Assembly: GCA_035938395.1 (NCBI GenBank)
Contig: DASZGY010000021.1
Span: 1,262 to 65,261 of the forward strand
Direction: 5' to 3'
DNA length: 64,000 nucleotides
Origin: Acidimicrobiia bacterium
Lineage (GTDB): Bacteria; Actinomycetota; Acidimicrobiia; IMCC26256; JACDBD01
How positions within the stretch are numbered: position 1 is the first letter of the stretch; each line of letters opens with the position of its first letter. Below the pieces are notes generated by a model. That model saw nothing but the letters and a program-made list of their open reading frames with translations, searched no databases and was not told where the DNA came from. Both the position numbers and the translations under genes were made by a program. Shown here piece after piece: positions 53,846 to 63,619 of the stretch.

Positions 53846-55510
53846 GTGGCTGACGGGATGGCCGAGCGCACCGCCTGCCTGTGGTGCCCCGAATGGCCGG
53901 TGGTCGCGCGGCGCGCCCGTGATCCAACGTTGTGCGACGTGCCGGTCGCGGTCGTAGAGCGCGGCGAGCGCGGGCTCCTCGTGATCGCGGCGTCGACCGA
54001 AGCGGTCGCAGAAGGCGTGACGGCGGGCCTGCGCCGGCGCGAAGCGGAGGCGCGTTGCCCCGGCCTGGTCGTTGCGGAGGCCGACCCGCAGGTCGAGGCG
54101 CGCGCGTTCGAGCGCGTCGCGCGCGCGGTCGAGACGTTCACGCCCCGTTTCGTGCTGGAGGAGCCGGGCCGGGTCACGTTCCCGACGCGCGGTCCGTCGC
54201 GGTACTTCGGTGGCGACACCGCCATGGCCGTTCGATGCCTCGACGCCGTTCGCGACATCGGGATCACCGACGCGCGCGTCGGCGTCGCCGACGGGGGGTT
54301 CGCGGCCATGCTCGCGGCGCGCGCCGCCGAGCCGGGCGCGGCGTACGTCGTGCCGCCGGGGGAGTCATCCGGGTTTCTCGCCCCGTGGCCGGTCGCGGTG
54401 CTCGAGGATCCCGAACCCGGCGAAGCCGCGGAGCTGGCCGGCCTGCTCGTCCGGCTCGGCTTGCGCACGCTGGGCGCGTTCGCGGCGCTGCCCGACGGCG
54501 CCGTGCTCGGTCGCTTCGGGTCGGCCGGTGCGCGCGCACACCGGCTCGCCCGCGGCGACGACGAAGCCACCGCGTCACCGGCACCTCCACCTCCCGAGCT
54601 CATCGAGACCGCCGAGCTCGATCCTCCCGCCGTGCACGTCGAGACCGCCGCGTTCGCGGCCAAGGCGCTGGCCGAGCAGCTCATGGCACGACTCGGCACG
54701 CTCGGTCTCGCGTGCACGCGGGTGATGATCGAGGCCGAGACCGAGCGCGGTGAGCGGCTGACCCGGTGCTGGCGCCACGAGGGGGCGCTCACCCCGGCGG
54801 CGCTGGCGGCGCGCGTCCGCTGGCAGCTCGAAGGCTGGCTCACGGCGGAGGTGGACGACGACGGGTCGGTCGACGACCTCGCGACCAGCGGTCTCGTGCT
54901 GCTGCGGTTGGTGCCCGACGAGGTGCTGCCCGCCACCGGCCGCCAGCTCGGATTCTGGGGCGGCGACCCGGCGGCGGCCGACCGCGCCGGGCGCGTGCTC
55001 GCCCGGGTGCAGGGGATGCTCGGCCATCCCGCCGTGGTCACGGCCGTGCCCCAAGGCGGGCGCACGCCGGGCGAGCGGGTGCGGTGGGTGCCGTGGGGCG
55101 ATCCGCGCGAGCCGGCCCGGCTCCTCGACGCGGTCCCGGCGCCGGGCGCCAACGTTCGCGAGGTCCCACCGTGGCCGGGCGCGATCCCGGCTCCGGCGCC
55201 GGCGCGCGTCTTCGAGCCGCCGCCCCCGGCCGAGCTGCTCGACGCCGCCGGCGAGGTCGTCATCGTGTCGGGACGGGGTGACCCGTCCGCTCCGCCGGCG
55301 CGCCTGCGGTGCGCGGCCCTGCCCGGTCGCGGGGGCGAGATCGCGGCGTGGGCGGGGCCGTGGGCGCACGACGCCCGCTGGTGGGACCGGCGGGCGCGGA
55401 CGCGCCGTGCGTACTGGCAGGTGCTGGTGGCCGCGCCCGACGGCGAGCGCGTCGCGTGTCTCGTCGCCGTGACCGCCGGCCACGCCGCGCTCGAGGCGAT
55501 CTACGACTGA
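53846..55510 (+). CDS. imuB: ImuB, catalytically inactive Y-family polymerase-like protein
   Basis: N-terminal CLWCPEWPV and a Y-family-like core without the acidic catalytic triad context. 554 aa. Lies between imuA' and dnaE2. Confidence 0.8.
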   Translation: MADGMAERTACLWCPEWPVVARRARDPTLCDVPVAVVERGERGLLVIAASTEAVAEGVTAGLRRREAEARCPGLVVAEADPQVEARAFERVARAVETFTPRFVLEEPGRVTFPTRGPSRYFGGDTAMAVRCLDAVRDIGITDARVGVADGGFAAMLAARAAEPGAAYVVPPGESSGFLAPWPVAVLEDPEPGEAAELAGLLVRLGLRTLGAFAALPDGAVLGRFGSAGARAHRLARGDDEATASPAPPPPELIETAELDPPAVHVETAAFAAKALAEQLMARLGTLGLACTRVMIEAETERGERLTRCWRHEGALTPAALAARVRWQLEGWLTAEVDDDGSVDDLATSGLVLLRLVPDEVLPATGRQLGFWGGDPAAADRAGRVLARVQGMLGHPAVVTAVPQGGRTPGERVRWVPWGDPREPARLLDAVPAPGANVREVPPWPGAIPAPAPARVFEPPPPAELLDAAGEVVIVSGRGDPSAPPARLRCAALPGRGGEIAAWAGPWAHDARWWDRRARTRRAYWQVLVAAPDGERVACLVAVTAGHAALEAIYD

Positions 55511-55869
55511 GGCGCTCGAGGCACGTCGATCGCGACCAGGAGCGACTCCCGCCGCCAGCGCTCGAGGCTTCCGCTGTAGCGCGGCTGGTACTTCTCGAAG
55601 ACGAGCCCGCGCCCCCGCTCCGACTCGTCGCCGTCCTCGACGACCCGCGCCGTCGCGTCGTAGGTCGTGTCGCGGAGCCGCACCGTGACGGCCGGCTCGG
55701 CTCGCAGGTTTCGTACCCAGTCAGACCGCTCGCCGCCGCCCGACAGCAGGTACAGCGTGCGCCCCTCGAGCGCGAACCAGATCTCGATCTCGTGCGGACG
55801 CCCGGAGACGCGCCCACTCGTCGTGAGGTAGCAGAAGTCGTCGTCGGTGGCCGAGAGGAGCCCGTCCAT
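55501..55869 (-). CDS. Deazaflavin(F420)-dependent nitroreductase family (DDN-like split beta-barrel)
   Basis: YLTTSGRVSGRPHEIEIWFALEGRTLYLLSGGGERSDWVRNLRAEPAVTV matches the F420H2-dependent quinone/nitro reductase pattern. 122 aa. Confidence 0.65.
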   Translation of the reverse strand: MDGLLSATDDDFCYLTTSGRVSGRPHEIEIWFALEGRTLYLLSGGGERSDWVRNLRAEPAVTVRLRDTTYDATARVVEDGDESERGRGLVFEKYQPRYSGSLERWRRESLLVAIDVPRAPQS

Positions 55870-55915
55870 GACGAGGCAAGTCTCGCATCCGGTCCCGACG
55901 CGCGAAGCTCGCGCC

Positions 55916-56365
55916 ATGGCAACGATCGAGTACGTCCGTGACCTCGTTCGCCGCGACAACGGCCTCGCTGTTGTCGTGACCCAACGCGGCGACGGTTCGC
56001 CGCAGGCTTCGATCGCCAACGCCGGCGTCCTAGCGCACCCGGTGAGCGGCGATGCCGTCGTCGGGCTCGTCGTGCGGGGCGACACCCGCAAGCACGCCAA
56101 CCTGCGGCGCCGGCCCCGGGCGACGATCGTGTTCCGCGTCGGCTGGGAATGGGTCGCCGTCGAAGGCCCCGTCGACCTCGCCGGGCCGGACGATCCCCTC
56201 GACGGGCTGGACGCCGGCCGTGTCCCGCAGGTGCTCCGAGACGTGTTCAGCGCCGCCGGCGGCACGCACGACGACTGGGACGAGTACGACCGCGTGATGG
56301 CGGGCGAGAGACGCCTCGCCGTGCTCGTGCAACCCGAGCGCGTGTATTCCAACGCCGGGACCTGA
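55916..56365 (+). CDS. PPOX-class (pyridoxamine 5'-phosphate oxidase-like) probable F420-dependent enzyme
   Basis: LAVVVTQRGDGSPQASI...RKHANLRRRPRATIVF is the split-barrel PPOX pattern. ATG 55916. Confidence 0.6.
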   Translation: MATIEYVRDLVRRDNGLAVVVTQRGDGSPQASIANAGVLAHPVSGDAVVGLVVRGDTRKHANLRRRPRATIVFRVGWEWVAVEGPVDLAGPDDPLDGLDAGRVPQVLRDVFSAAGGTHDDWDEYDRVMAGERRLAVLVQPERVYSNAGT

Positions 56366-56405
56366 AGGCGGCGATGAGTTTCGCCGCGGGGGAGGTCCAG
56401 AGACC

Positions 56406-56945
56406 ATGACCGTGAGGGAGCCACGCTCGGAGCGGAACCTCGACGGCTACGACGCCCCGCCCATCGCGTGGGCGAGAGTGCGTGAACGTCTCGACCAGGG
56501 TGTGACCCAACCCCCGGGGACCGGTGGACCGGGCCGGCACACGTACTGGCTGGCGACGACGAACCCGGACGGCAGTCCGCACGTCATGCCGCTCGGGGTC
56601 TTCTGGGTCGACGGTGGCTTCTTCTTCAACGCCGGTCCCGGCACGCGCAAGGCGAAGAACCTGGCCGCCAACCCGCGCTGCGTCATCTCGGTGGCGACGG
56701 ACCAGTTCGACCTCGTCGTGGAGGGCGAAGCCGTGAAGGTCACCGACGACGCCGAGCTCCGGCGCATCGCCGACGTGTTCGCGGCCGGGGGGTGGGAACC
56801 GACCGTGCGCGACGGCGCCCTGTATGCCGAGTTCAGCGCGCCCAGCGCCGGCCCACCGCCGTGGCACGTCTACGAGGTCACGCCGAAGACGGTGTACGCC
56901 CTGGGGACGGCCGATCCGTACGGCGCCACCCGCTTCCGCTTCTGA
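56406..56945 (+). CDS. Pyridoxamine 5'-phosphate oxidase family protein
   Basis: YWLATTNPDGSPHVMPLGVFWVDGGFFFNAGPGTRKAKNLAANPRCVIS is the split-barrel pattern. Confidence 0.6.
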   Translation: MTVREPRSERNLDGYDAPPIAWARVRERLDQGVTQPPGTGGPGRHTYWLATTNPDGSPHVMPLGVFWVDGGFFFNAGPGTRKAKNLAANPRCVISVATDQFDLVVEGEAVKVTDDAELRRIADVFAAGGWEPTVRDGALYAEFSAPSAGPPPWHVYEVTPKTVYALGTADPYGATRFRF

Positions 56946-56968
56946 GCCCGGCGGTCCCGCTGGACTGA

Positions 56969-56984
56969 TCGAACGTACGTTCGA
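56969..56984 (+). promoter_or_regulatory. LexA (SOS) box upstream of dnaE2
   Basis: TCGAAC-GTAC-GTTCGA, a perfect 16-bp palindrome identical to the actinobacterial consensus. It is immediately followed by TACGGT (-10-like, 56985-56990). Confidence 0.85.
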
Positions 56985-57000
56985 TACGGTGGCAGGCCCG

Positions 57001-57057
57001 GGTGGCGATGGCGGCTTTGCTGACCGTCGCCACAAAGCCGGAGCTTGCGACGGCGAC
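57001..57057 (+). repeat. Copy C of the hairpin+box element (5' leader of dnaE2)
   Basis: gGTGGCGATGGCGGCtttGCTGaCCGTCGCCACaaaGCCGGAGCTTGCGACGGCGAC, then aatcagagcGGAGtaGGGGccgcccGTG. Confidence 0.9.
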
Positions 57058-57082
57058 AATCAGAGCGGAGTAGGGGCCGCCC

Positions 57083-60000
57083 GTGACCGATCACGGCGAG
57101 CGTGGCTACGCGGAGCTGCACTGCCACACGAACTTCTCGTTCCTCGACGGGGCCAGCCATCCCGAGGAGCTGGCCGACGAGGCCGCCCGTCTCGGCCTGG
57201 CCGCCCTGGCGGTCACGGACCACGACGGCCTGTACGGCGTGGTGCGCTTCGCCCTCGCCGCCCGCGCCACCGGGCTCCCCACCGTGTTCGGCGCCGAGCT
57301 CACCCTCGATGCCCCCCGCACGCCGCCGAACGGCTACGCCGACCCGCCCGGTGAGCACCTCGTGGTGCTCGCGGCGGGACCGGTCGGGTACGCCCGCCTG
57401 GCCCGGGCGGTGAGCGCGGCGCAGCTGGCGGGGGAGAAGGGCGCGCCCCGCCTCGATCTCGGTGCGCTCGCCGACGCCGCCCGCGCGCCGGTTCACCTGC
57501 GCCGCTCCGCGGCGAGTGCCAACGACGCGTGGTTCGTGCTCACCGGGTGCCGCAAGGGCGCGGTCACGCGCGCGCTCCTCGACGACGGCCCTGCCGCAGC
57601 CCGGCGCGCCCTCGATCGGCTCGTCGCCGCCTTCGGGCGCGACCGCGTGCTGGTCGAGCTGTGGGACCACGGCGACCCGCTCGACCGGCACCGCAACGAC
57701 GCGCTGGCCGAGGTGGCGGCGTCGGCGTCCGTCGACGTGATCGCCTCCAACAACGTGCATTACGCCACGCCCGGACGGCGGCCGCTCGCCACCGCGCTCG
57801 CCGCCGTCCGTGCCCGGCGCTCGCTCGACGAGATCGACGGCTGGCTTCCCGCGGCGGCGTTCGCGCACCTGCGCAGCGCGGCCGAGCAGCAACGCCGGTT
57901 CGCCCGCTGGCCCGGCGCGGTCGAGCGCACGCTCGACGTCGCGGCGGCGTGCGCGTTCGACCTCAGCCTCGCCGCGCCCGAGCTGCCCGACCACGACGTG
58001 CCGCCCGGTCACACCGAGATGAGCTGGCTGCGCGAGCTCACCGCGCGCGGCGCCGCCATCCGCTACCCGCCGAGCCACGAGCAGCACGAGCAGGCGAGGC
58101 GCCAGATCGCCTACGAGCTCGACGTGATCGAGGAGCTCGGCTTCCCCGGCTACTTCCTCGTGCTCGTCGACATCGTCGATTTCTGCCACCGCCACGACAT
58201 CTACTGCCAGGGTCGGGGCAGCGCCGCCAACAGCGCGGTCTGCTACGCGCTCGGCGTCACCAAGGCCGACGCCGTCGCGCTCGGCCTGCTCTTCGAGCGG
58301 TTCCTGTCGCCCGAGCGTGACGGACCGCCCGACATCGACCTCGACATCGAGCACCAGCGCCGCGAGGAGGCGATCCAGTACGTCTACGACAAGTACGGGC
58401 GCGACCGCGCCGCCCAGGTCGCCAACGTGATCACGTACCGGCCCAAGAGCGCGCTGCGCGAGATGGCCAAGGCCGCCGGCCTCTCACCCGGCCACGCCGA
58501 CGGGCTCACGAAGTGGATCGACCGGTGGGGGAGGGACGTCGGCGCGTTCGAGAGCGTGAAGTCCGAGGGCCCGCCGGTGCCGGCGCTCGTCCTCGACCTC
58601 GCCGGGCAGGTGCTCGACTTTCCCCGCCACCTCGGCATCCACTCCGGCGGCATGGTCATGGCCGACCGGCCGCTGGTGGAGTTCTGCCCGATCGAGTGGG
58701 CCCGCATGGAGGACCGGTCCGTGCTCCAGTGGGACAAGGACGACTGCGCGGCCGCCGGGCTGGTGAAGTTCGACCTGCTCGGCCTGGGCATGCTCACGAT
58801 GCTGCACCTGGCGGTCGACCTGGTTCGTGAGCACGAGGGCACCGAAGTCGATCTGGCCACGATCCCGCAGGAGCCCGCGGTGTACGACCTGCTGTGCGCG
58901 GCCGACACCGTCGGCGTGTTCCAGGTCGAGAGCCGGGCCCAGATGGCCACGCTGCCCCGGCTGCGCCCGCGCACGTTCTACGACCTCGTCATCGAGGTCG
59001 CGCTCATTCGCCCCGGCCCGATCCAGGGCGGCTCGGTGCACCCGTACCTGCGGCGCCGCAACGGCCAGGAGCCCGTCACCTTCCCGCACCCCATGCTCGA
59101 GGAGTGCCTGAAGAAGACCCTCGGCGTGCCGCTGTTCCAGGAACAGCTCATGCAGATGGCGATCGACATCGCCGGCTTCAGCCCCGGCGAGTCCGACCAG
59201 CTGCGCCAGGCCATGGGCTCGAAGCGTTCCCACACCCGCATGGCGGTCATGCGCGAGCGGCTGCTCGCCGGCATGGCCGAGCGCGGCATCACCGGCCCGA
59301 CCGCCGAGGAGATCGCGACCAAGTTCGAGGCGTTCGCCGACTTCGGCTTCCCCGAGAGCCATTCGGTGAGCTTCGCCTACCTCGTGTACTCGAGCTCGTG
59401 GATCAAGCTGCACTACCCGGCCGAGTTCGCGTGCGCGCTGCTCAACGCGCAGCCCATGGGCTTCTACTCGCCGCACTCCATCGTGCGTGACGCCATGCAT
59501 CACGGCGTCGAGGTGCTCGGACCCGACGTGAACGCGTCGCGCAAGGACTGCACGCTCGAGCCGCGCACCGACGGCGCCGGCCCGGTCGGTCAACCGCGCC
59601 CGGGCTGGCACGCCGACCCGTCGATGCGTGCCGTGCGCATGGGCTTGCGCTACGTCCGCGGCCTCGCCGACGCGCTGCTCGACCGCATCGACGCCGAACG
59701 CGACCGCAAGCCGTTCGCGTCGCTCTCCGACTTCACCCGCCGCACCGGCGCGCCCACCGACGCCATCGAGGCGCTGGCCACCGCGGGCGCGTTCGGGTCC
59801 CTGGGCCAGACGCGCCGTAGCGCGCTGTGGGCCGCGGGGGCGCTGCGCGACGCCCGGGCCGACAAGCTGCCCGGGCTCGTCACCGGGGTCGACGCGCCGG
59901 CGCTGCCGGGCATGACCGAGGTCGAGGAGACGGCCGCCGACCTGTGGGCGACCGGCCTGACCGCCGGCCGGCACCCGACCGAGTTCGTGCGCGAGCGCCT

Positions 60001-60331
60001 GACCGACCGGGGCGTCGTCACCGTCGAAGCGCTGCGCGAGCTCCAGCACCGCAGCGTGGTCGAGGTGGCCGGCATCGTCACCCACCGCCAGCAGCCCGAC
60101 ACCGCCAAGGGCGTGGTGTTCGTCAACCTCGAGGACGAGACCGGCCTGCTCAACGTGATCTGCACGGCCGACGTGTGGCGCCGGTTCCGCAAGGTCGCCC
60201 GCATGTCACCGGCGCTGATCGTGCGGGGGATGCTCGAGCGCTACCAGGGCGTGATCAACGTGGTCGCGGCTCGTATCGAGGAGCTGCCGCTCACCGCCGC
60301 CGACATGGTCCGCTCCCGCGACTTCCACTAG
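57083..60331 (+). CDS. dnaE2: Error-prone DNA polymerase III alpha subunit DnaE2
   Basis: PHP domain [17 protein letters not shown], polIII alpha core, and C-terminal OB fold. 1082 aa, with a LexA box upstream. Confidence 0.9.
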   Translation: MTDHGERGYAELHCHTNFSFLDGASHPEELADEAARLGLAALAVTDHDGLYGVVRFALAARATGLPTVFGAELTLDAPRTPPNGYADPPGEHLVVLAAGPVGYARLARAVSAAQLAGEKGAPRLDLGALADAARAPVHLRRSAASANDAWFVLTGCRKGAVTRALLDDGPAAARRALDRLVAAFGRDRVLVELWDHGDPLDRHRNDALAEVAASASVDVIASNNVHYATPGRRPLATALAAVRARRSLDEIDGWLPAAAFAHLRSAAEQQRRFARWPGAVERTLDVAAACAFDLSLAAPELPDHDVPPGHTEMSWLRELTARGAAIRYPPSHEQHEQARRQIAYELDVIEELGFPGYFLVLVDIVDFCHRHDIYCQGRGSAANSAVCYALGVTKADAVALGLLFERFLSPERDGPPDIDLDIEHQRREEAIQYVYDKYGRDRAAQVANVITYRPKSALREMAKAAGLSPGHADGLTKWIDRWGRDVGAFESVKSEGPPVPALVLDLAGQVLDFPRHLGIHSGGMVMADRPLVEFCPIEWARMEDRSVLQWDKDDCAAAGLVKFDLLGLGMLTMLHLAVDLVREHEGTEVDLATIPQEPAVYDLLCAADTVGVFQVESRAQMATLPRLRPRTFYDLVIEVALIRPGPIQGGSVHPYLRRRNGQEPVTFPHPMLEECLKKTLGVPLFQEQLMQMAIDIAGFSPGESDQLRQAMGSKRSHTRMAVMRERLLAGMAERGITGPTAEEIATKFEAFADFGFPESHSVSFAYLVYSSSWIKLHYPAEFACALLNAQPMGFYSPHSIVRDAMHHGVEVLGPDVNASRKDCTLEPRTDGAGPVGQPRPGWHADPSMRAVRMGLRYVRGLADALLDRIDAERDRKPFASLSDFTRRTGAPTDAIEALATAGAFGSLGQTRRSALWAAGALRDARADKLPGLVTGVDAPALPGMTEVEETAADLWATGLTAGRHPTEFVRERLTDRGVVTVEALRELQHRSVVEVAGIVTHRQQPDTAKGVVFVNLEDETGLLNVICTADVWRRFRKVARMSPALIVRGMLERYQGVINVVAARIEELPLTAADMVRSRDFH

Positions 60332-60342
60332 CTCTGTGTTGC

Positions 60343-61023
60343 TCAGGCCGTACCGGTAGTGACCAGGACGAGGAGCGAGACCAGCACCAGCGCGACGATC
60401 GTGAGGTTGTACGCGAGATGGGCGCGGGTCGACTCGAGCAGCGCGCCGGTCTGCGACCGGGTCTCCTTCCAGCCGTCGAGGTAGCACCGCGTGAGGTAGA
60501 GCCCGCCGATCGACAGCGCCAGCGCCGCGCCGATCGGGATGCCGACGACGGCGTGGGCCAGGCCGAACACCACCGAGCGCCCGAGGTTCACGGCGGTACC
60601 CCGCTCCTCGGCGCCGCGCCGGAACACCCATTCCTCCCGGGCGACGAGCAACGGCATCCCCACGATCAGCAAGCCGATGAAGAACAACGGGATGACCACC
60701 GACGCGATGCCGAGGTTCCGGTCGCTGACGCCGACCACCGGGTTGCCCTCGCCGCCGATCGCCGACCACCAGCCGAACGAGAGGACGGGCAGTTGGATCA
60801 ACACAAAGGCCGTCGACACGATCAGGACGACGATCGGGATCGCCCGTCCGAAGTGGCGCCAGCGCAGGCCCTGCACCACGCCCAGCGTCTTGCGGTGTGC
60901 ACCGACCGACGTCCGAGCGGCCTCGAACAAGCGGACGCCGACGACCGCGAGCACCGCCACCGTGAGCAGATCCAGGATCGTCACGGCGACAGTCTTCCGC
61001 AACCGCGCGGCACGAGCCGTCAC
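60343..61023 (-). CDS. CPBP family intramembrane glutamic endopeptidase (CAAX protease-like)
   Basis: AREEWVFRRG (EExxxR), FGLAHAV (FxxxH), and a later HLAYN histidine. Multi-TM. Confidence 0.75.
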   Translation of the reverse strand: MTARAARLRKTVAVTILDLLTVAVLAVVGVRLFEAARTSVGAHRKTLGVVQGLRWRHFGRAIPIVVLIVSTAFVLIQLPVLSFGWWSAIGGEGNPVVGVSDRNLGIASVVIPLFFIGLLIVGMPLLVAREEWVFRRGAEERGTAVNLGRSVVFGLAHAVVGIPIGAALALSIGGLYLTRCYLDGWKETRSQTGALLESTRAHLAYNLTIVALVLVSLLVLVTTGTA

Positions 61024-61087
61024 CCGTTAGGGTGAGCCGGCCCATGCCGACGAGACGAATGCCGATGAGCGAGCCTCCGAGTAGCAG

Positions 61088-62320
61088 ATGGTCCGACGCC
61101 CGCGCCTCCTTCGGCGCTTCGGCGCCATTGTTCGTTCCGACCCGAGCGGGGTCGGGGCGGGGTTCGTCGCGCTCCTGCTCTCGTCGGGTGGGGACCTTCT
61201 CGCCGGTCTGACGCTCGGCGCCATCACCGGCACGCTCGAGTCGCTGCCGGGCCTCCTCGTCCTCGTCCCCGCCGCGATCGGCATGCGGGGCAACATCTTC
61301 GGCGGTCTCGGCAGCCGGTTCAGCACCGCGATCCACACCGGCACGTTCCGGGTGTCGCGCCGGCTCGACACGCTCGTGGGTCAGAACGTCGCCGCGTCGC
61401 TCGCGCTGTCGCTGTCGATCTCGCTCGTTCTCGCCGTGCTCGCGAAGGCCGTCTCGGTCGGCTTCGGCGTCGCCAACTCGATCTCGATCGTCGACTTCGT
61501 CGTGATCTCGGTCGTCGGCGGGGTGTTGTCGTCGGTCGTCGTGTTGCTCGTTGTGGTTGCCGTCACAGCGACGAGCGTTCGTTTCGACCTCGACCTCGAC
61601 AACGTCAACACGCCCATCGTGACCGCCGCCGGCGACATGGTCACCCTGCCGGGTCTCTTCCTCGCCACGTACTTCGTCGGCATCGCGTGGTTCACACCGG
61701 TGGTCGCGGCGATCTGCGTGGTGACCGGACTGGCGGCGCTCGTCATCGCCCTGCGCGCCCGGCTGCCCATCCTCCGCAGGATCGTGCGCGAATCGGTGCC
61801 GGTGCTCGTCCTCGCGGGCTCGGTCGACGTGATCGCGGGCATCACGATCCAGAAGCGCATCGACTCCTTCCTCGTGTTCCCGGCGCTGCTCGTCCTCGTG
61901 CCGCCCTTCCTCGAGGACGCGGGCGCGCTCGGTGGGATCCTCAGCTCCCGGATCGCCACCAAGCTGCACCTCGGCACGGTCGACCTGTCGCGTTCACCTT
62001 GGCGTGCTGTCACGGAGGACGTCCTGCTCGTGTTCGTCTACGCGGTGCCGACGTTTCTGCTCCTCGGCGTGTCGGCCGACATCGTGTCCGCCGTGTTCGA
62101 CCTGGCCAGTCCGGGAGCGCTCAAGATGATCGGGGTCTCCCTGCTCGCCGGCGTATTCGCGACGACCGCGGCCGTCCTCGTCGGGTACTACGGTGCCGTG
62201 GCTACCTACCGGCTCGGTCTCGACCCCGACAACCACGGCATTCCCATCGTCACTTCGAGCCTCGACTTCTTGGGAGCGGTGTCCCTGATCCTGGCTATCG
62301 TGATCCTCGGCTTGAGTTGA
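61088..62320 (+). CDS. MgtE-family divalent cation transporter, tandem transmembrane domains only (no cytosolic MgtE-N/CBS part)
   Basis: Two MgtE-TM-like halves (VPAAIGMRGNIFGGLGSRFST...TPIVTAAGDMVTLP and VPPFLEDAGALGGILSSRIAT...IPIVTSSLDFLGA). Confidence 0.7.
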   Translation: MVRRPRLLRRFGAIVRSDPSGVGAGFVALLLSSGGDLLAGLTLGAITGTLESLPGLLVLVPAAIGMRGNIFGGLGSRFSTAIHTGTFRVSRRLDTLVGQNVAASLALSLSISLVLAVLAKAVSVGFGVANSISIVDFVVISVVGGVLSSVVVLLVVVAVTATSVRFDLDLDNVNTPIVTAAGDMVTLPGLFLATYFVGIAWFTPVVAAICVVTGLAALVIALRARLPILRRIVRESVPVLVLAGSVDVIAGITIQKRIDSFLVFPALLVLVPPFLEDAGALGGILSSRIATKLHLGTVDLSRSPWRAVTEDVLLVFVYAVPTFLLLGVSADIVSAVFDLASPGALKMIGVSLLAGVFATTAAVLVGYYGAVATYRLGLDPDNHGIPIVTSSLDFLGAVSLILAIVILGLS

Positions 62321-62329
62321 GGCCCGACG

Positions 62330-63568
62330 TTGATGGACGAGAGACCCCCGAGAAATCTCAAGGCCATGCTCTCGGAGGCGAAGGACGCCTCCGAGCTGAT
62401 GGTCGACCTCGGCTACGCGGCGCTGTTCTTCGACAACGTGGCCATGGCCGAAGAGGTCATGGACCTCGAGGAGCGACTCGACGGGCTCGTGCACGAGATG
62501 CGCGAGGTGTGCATCCTCGCGGCCCGCTCCCCGCACGACGCCGAGCAGATGTCGAGCGTGCTCCACGTGATCTCGTCCATCGAGCGGATCGGGAACGCGG
62601 CCGTCAACATCGCGCGCATCGTCATCCACCGCCTCGGGATCCCCGCCGCTCTCGTCGCCGATCTCGCCGCTGCCGACGAGGTCTCCCATCGCGTGCGCGT
62701 CCGCGCCAGCTCGGAGCTCGCCGGTCGCTCGCTCGCCGACGTCGAGCTGCCGGTCGAGGTGGGCATGCGCGTCGTCGCCATCCGGCGGGGCAAGGAATGG
62801 ATCATCGACCCCGACGGCGACGAAGTCATGCTGCCCGACGACGTGCTCATCCTGCGCGGCGCGCCCGACGGCATCTTCGAGCTCCGCACCCTCGCCGGGG
62901 CCCCCGAGTGGCGACAGCCCACCGTCGGCGAAGACCCGACTATCACCGACCTCGACCGCGCTGTCGACGTGCTCGTGGAGATGAAGAACATCTCCGAGGT
63001 CGCGGTCGGGCTCGCGTACTCGGCGCTGCTGTTCTACGACCAGAGCCTCGCCGCCGAAGTGAACCACCTCGAGGACCGTCTCGACGAGATGCGCGAGCGG
63101 CTCGAGGTGTGGGTGCTGCGCGCCGCGGCCGAGCAGATCGACCCGTCGCCGTTGCGCGGCCTGTTGCACCTCGGCAGCGCGGCCGAGCAGCTCGGTGACT
63201 CGGCCCAGCAGATGGTGTGGCTCGTCGAGCAGGGCGAGGAGATGCACCCGGTCCTCGGCTTGGCGCTCGGCGACAGCGACGAGGTCATCGCCCGGGTGCC
63301 CGTCGGCGCCGGGTCGCGCCTCGAGGGCAGGACTTTGCGCGAGGCGAAGCTCGAGCTCGAGACGGGCACGTATCTGCTCGCCATCCGCCGCGCCGGGCGC
63401 TACATCTACCGCCCGCGCGGCCCCGTCCGCCTCGAGGCCGGCGACGAGCTCATCGCCATCGGGCCCGACGACGGCCGCGACCGCCTCGCCGAGCTCGCCG
63501 GTTTTCGCGTGCTCGAGGACGACGACACCGGCCAGATCGAGCTGGTGCGCACGCCCGACGCCAGCTAG
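62330..63568 (+). CDS. Cytosolic regulator with duplicated PhoU-like helical and TrkA-C (RCK C-terminal) domains
   Basis: Two repeats of a DUF47/PhoU-like helix bundle (SVLHVISSIERIGNAAVNIARIV), each followed by a TrkA-C-like segment (LAGRSLADVELPVEVGMRVVAIRRG...DDVLILRG). Confidence 0.65.
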   Translation: MMDERPPRNLKAMLSEAKDASELMVDLGYAALFFDNVAMAEEVMDLEERLDGLVHEMREVCILAARSPHDAEQMSSVLHVISSIERIGNAAVNIARIVIHRLGIPAALVADLAAADEVSHRVRVRASSELAGRSLADVELPVEVGMRVVAIRRGKEWIIDPDGDEVMLPDDVLILRGAPDGIFELRTLAGAPEWRQPTVGEDPTITDLDRAVDVLVEMKNISEVAVGLAYSALLFYDQSLAAEVNHLEDRLDEMRERLEVWVLRAAAEQIDPSPLRGLLHLGSAAEQLGDSAQQMVWLVEQGEEMHPVLGLALGDSDEVIARVPVGAGSRLEGRTLREAKLELETGTYLLAIRRAGRYIYRPRGPVRLEAGDELIAIGPDDGRDRLAELAGFRVLEDDDTGQIELVRTPDAS

Positions 63569-63619
63569 GCGCGTTCCCGGAACGCGTGCTCTTCTGACCC
63601 CTCGGCTACGTTCGCCATC

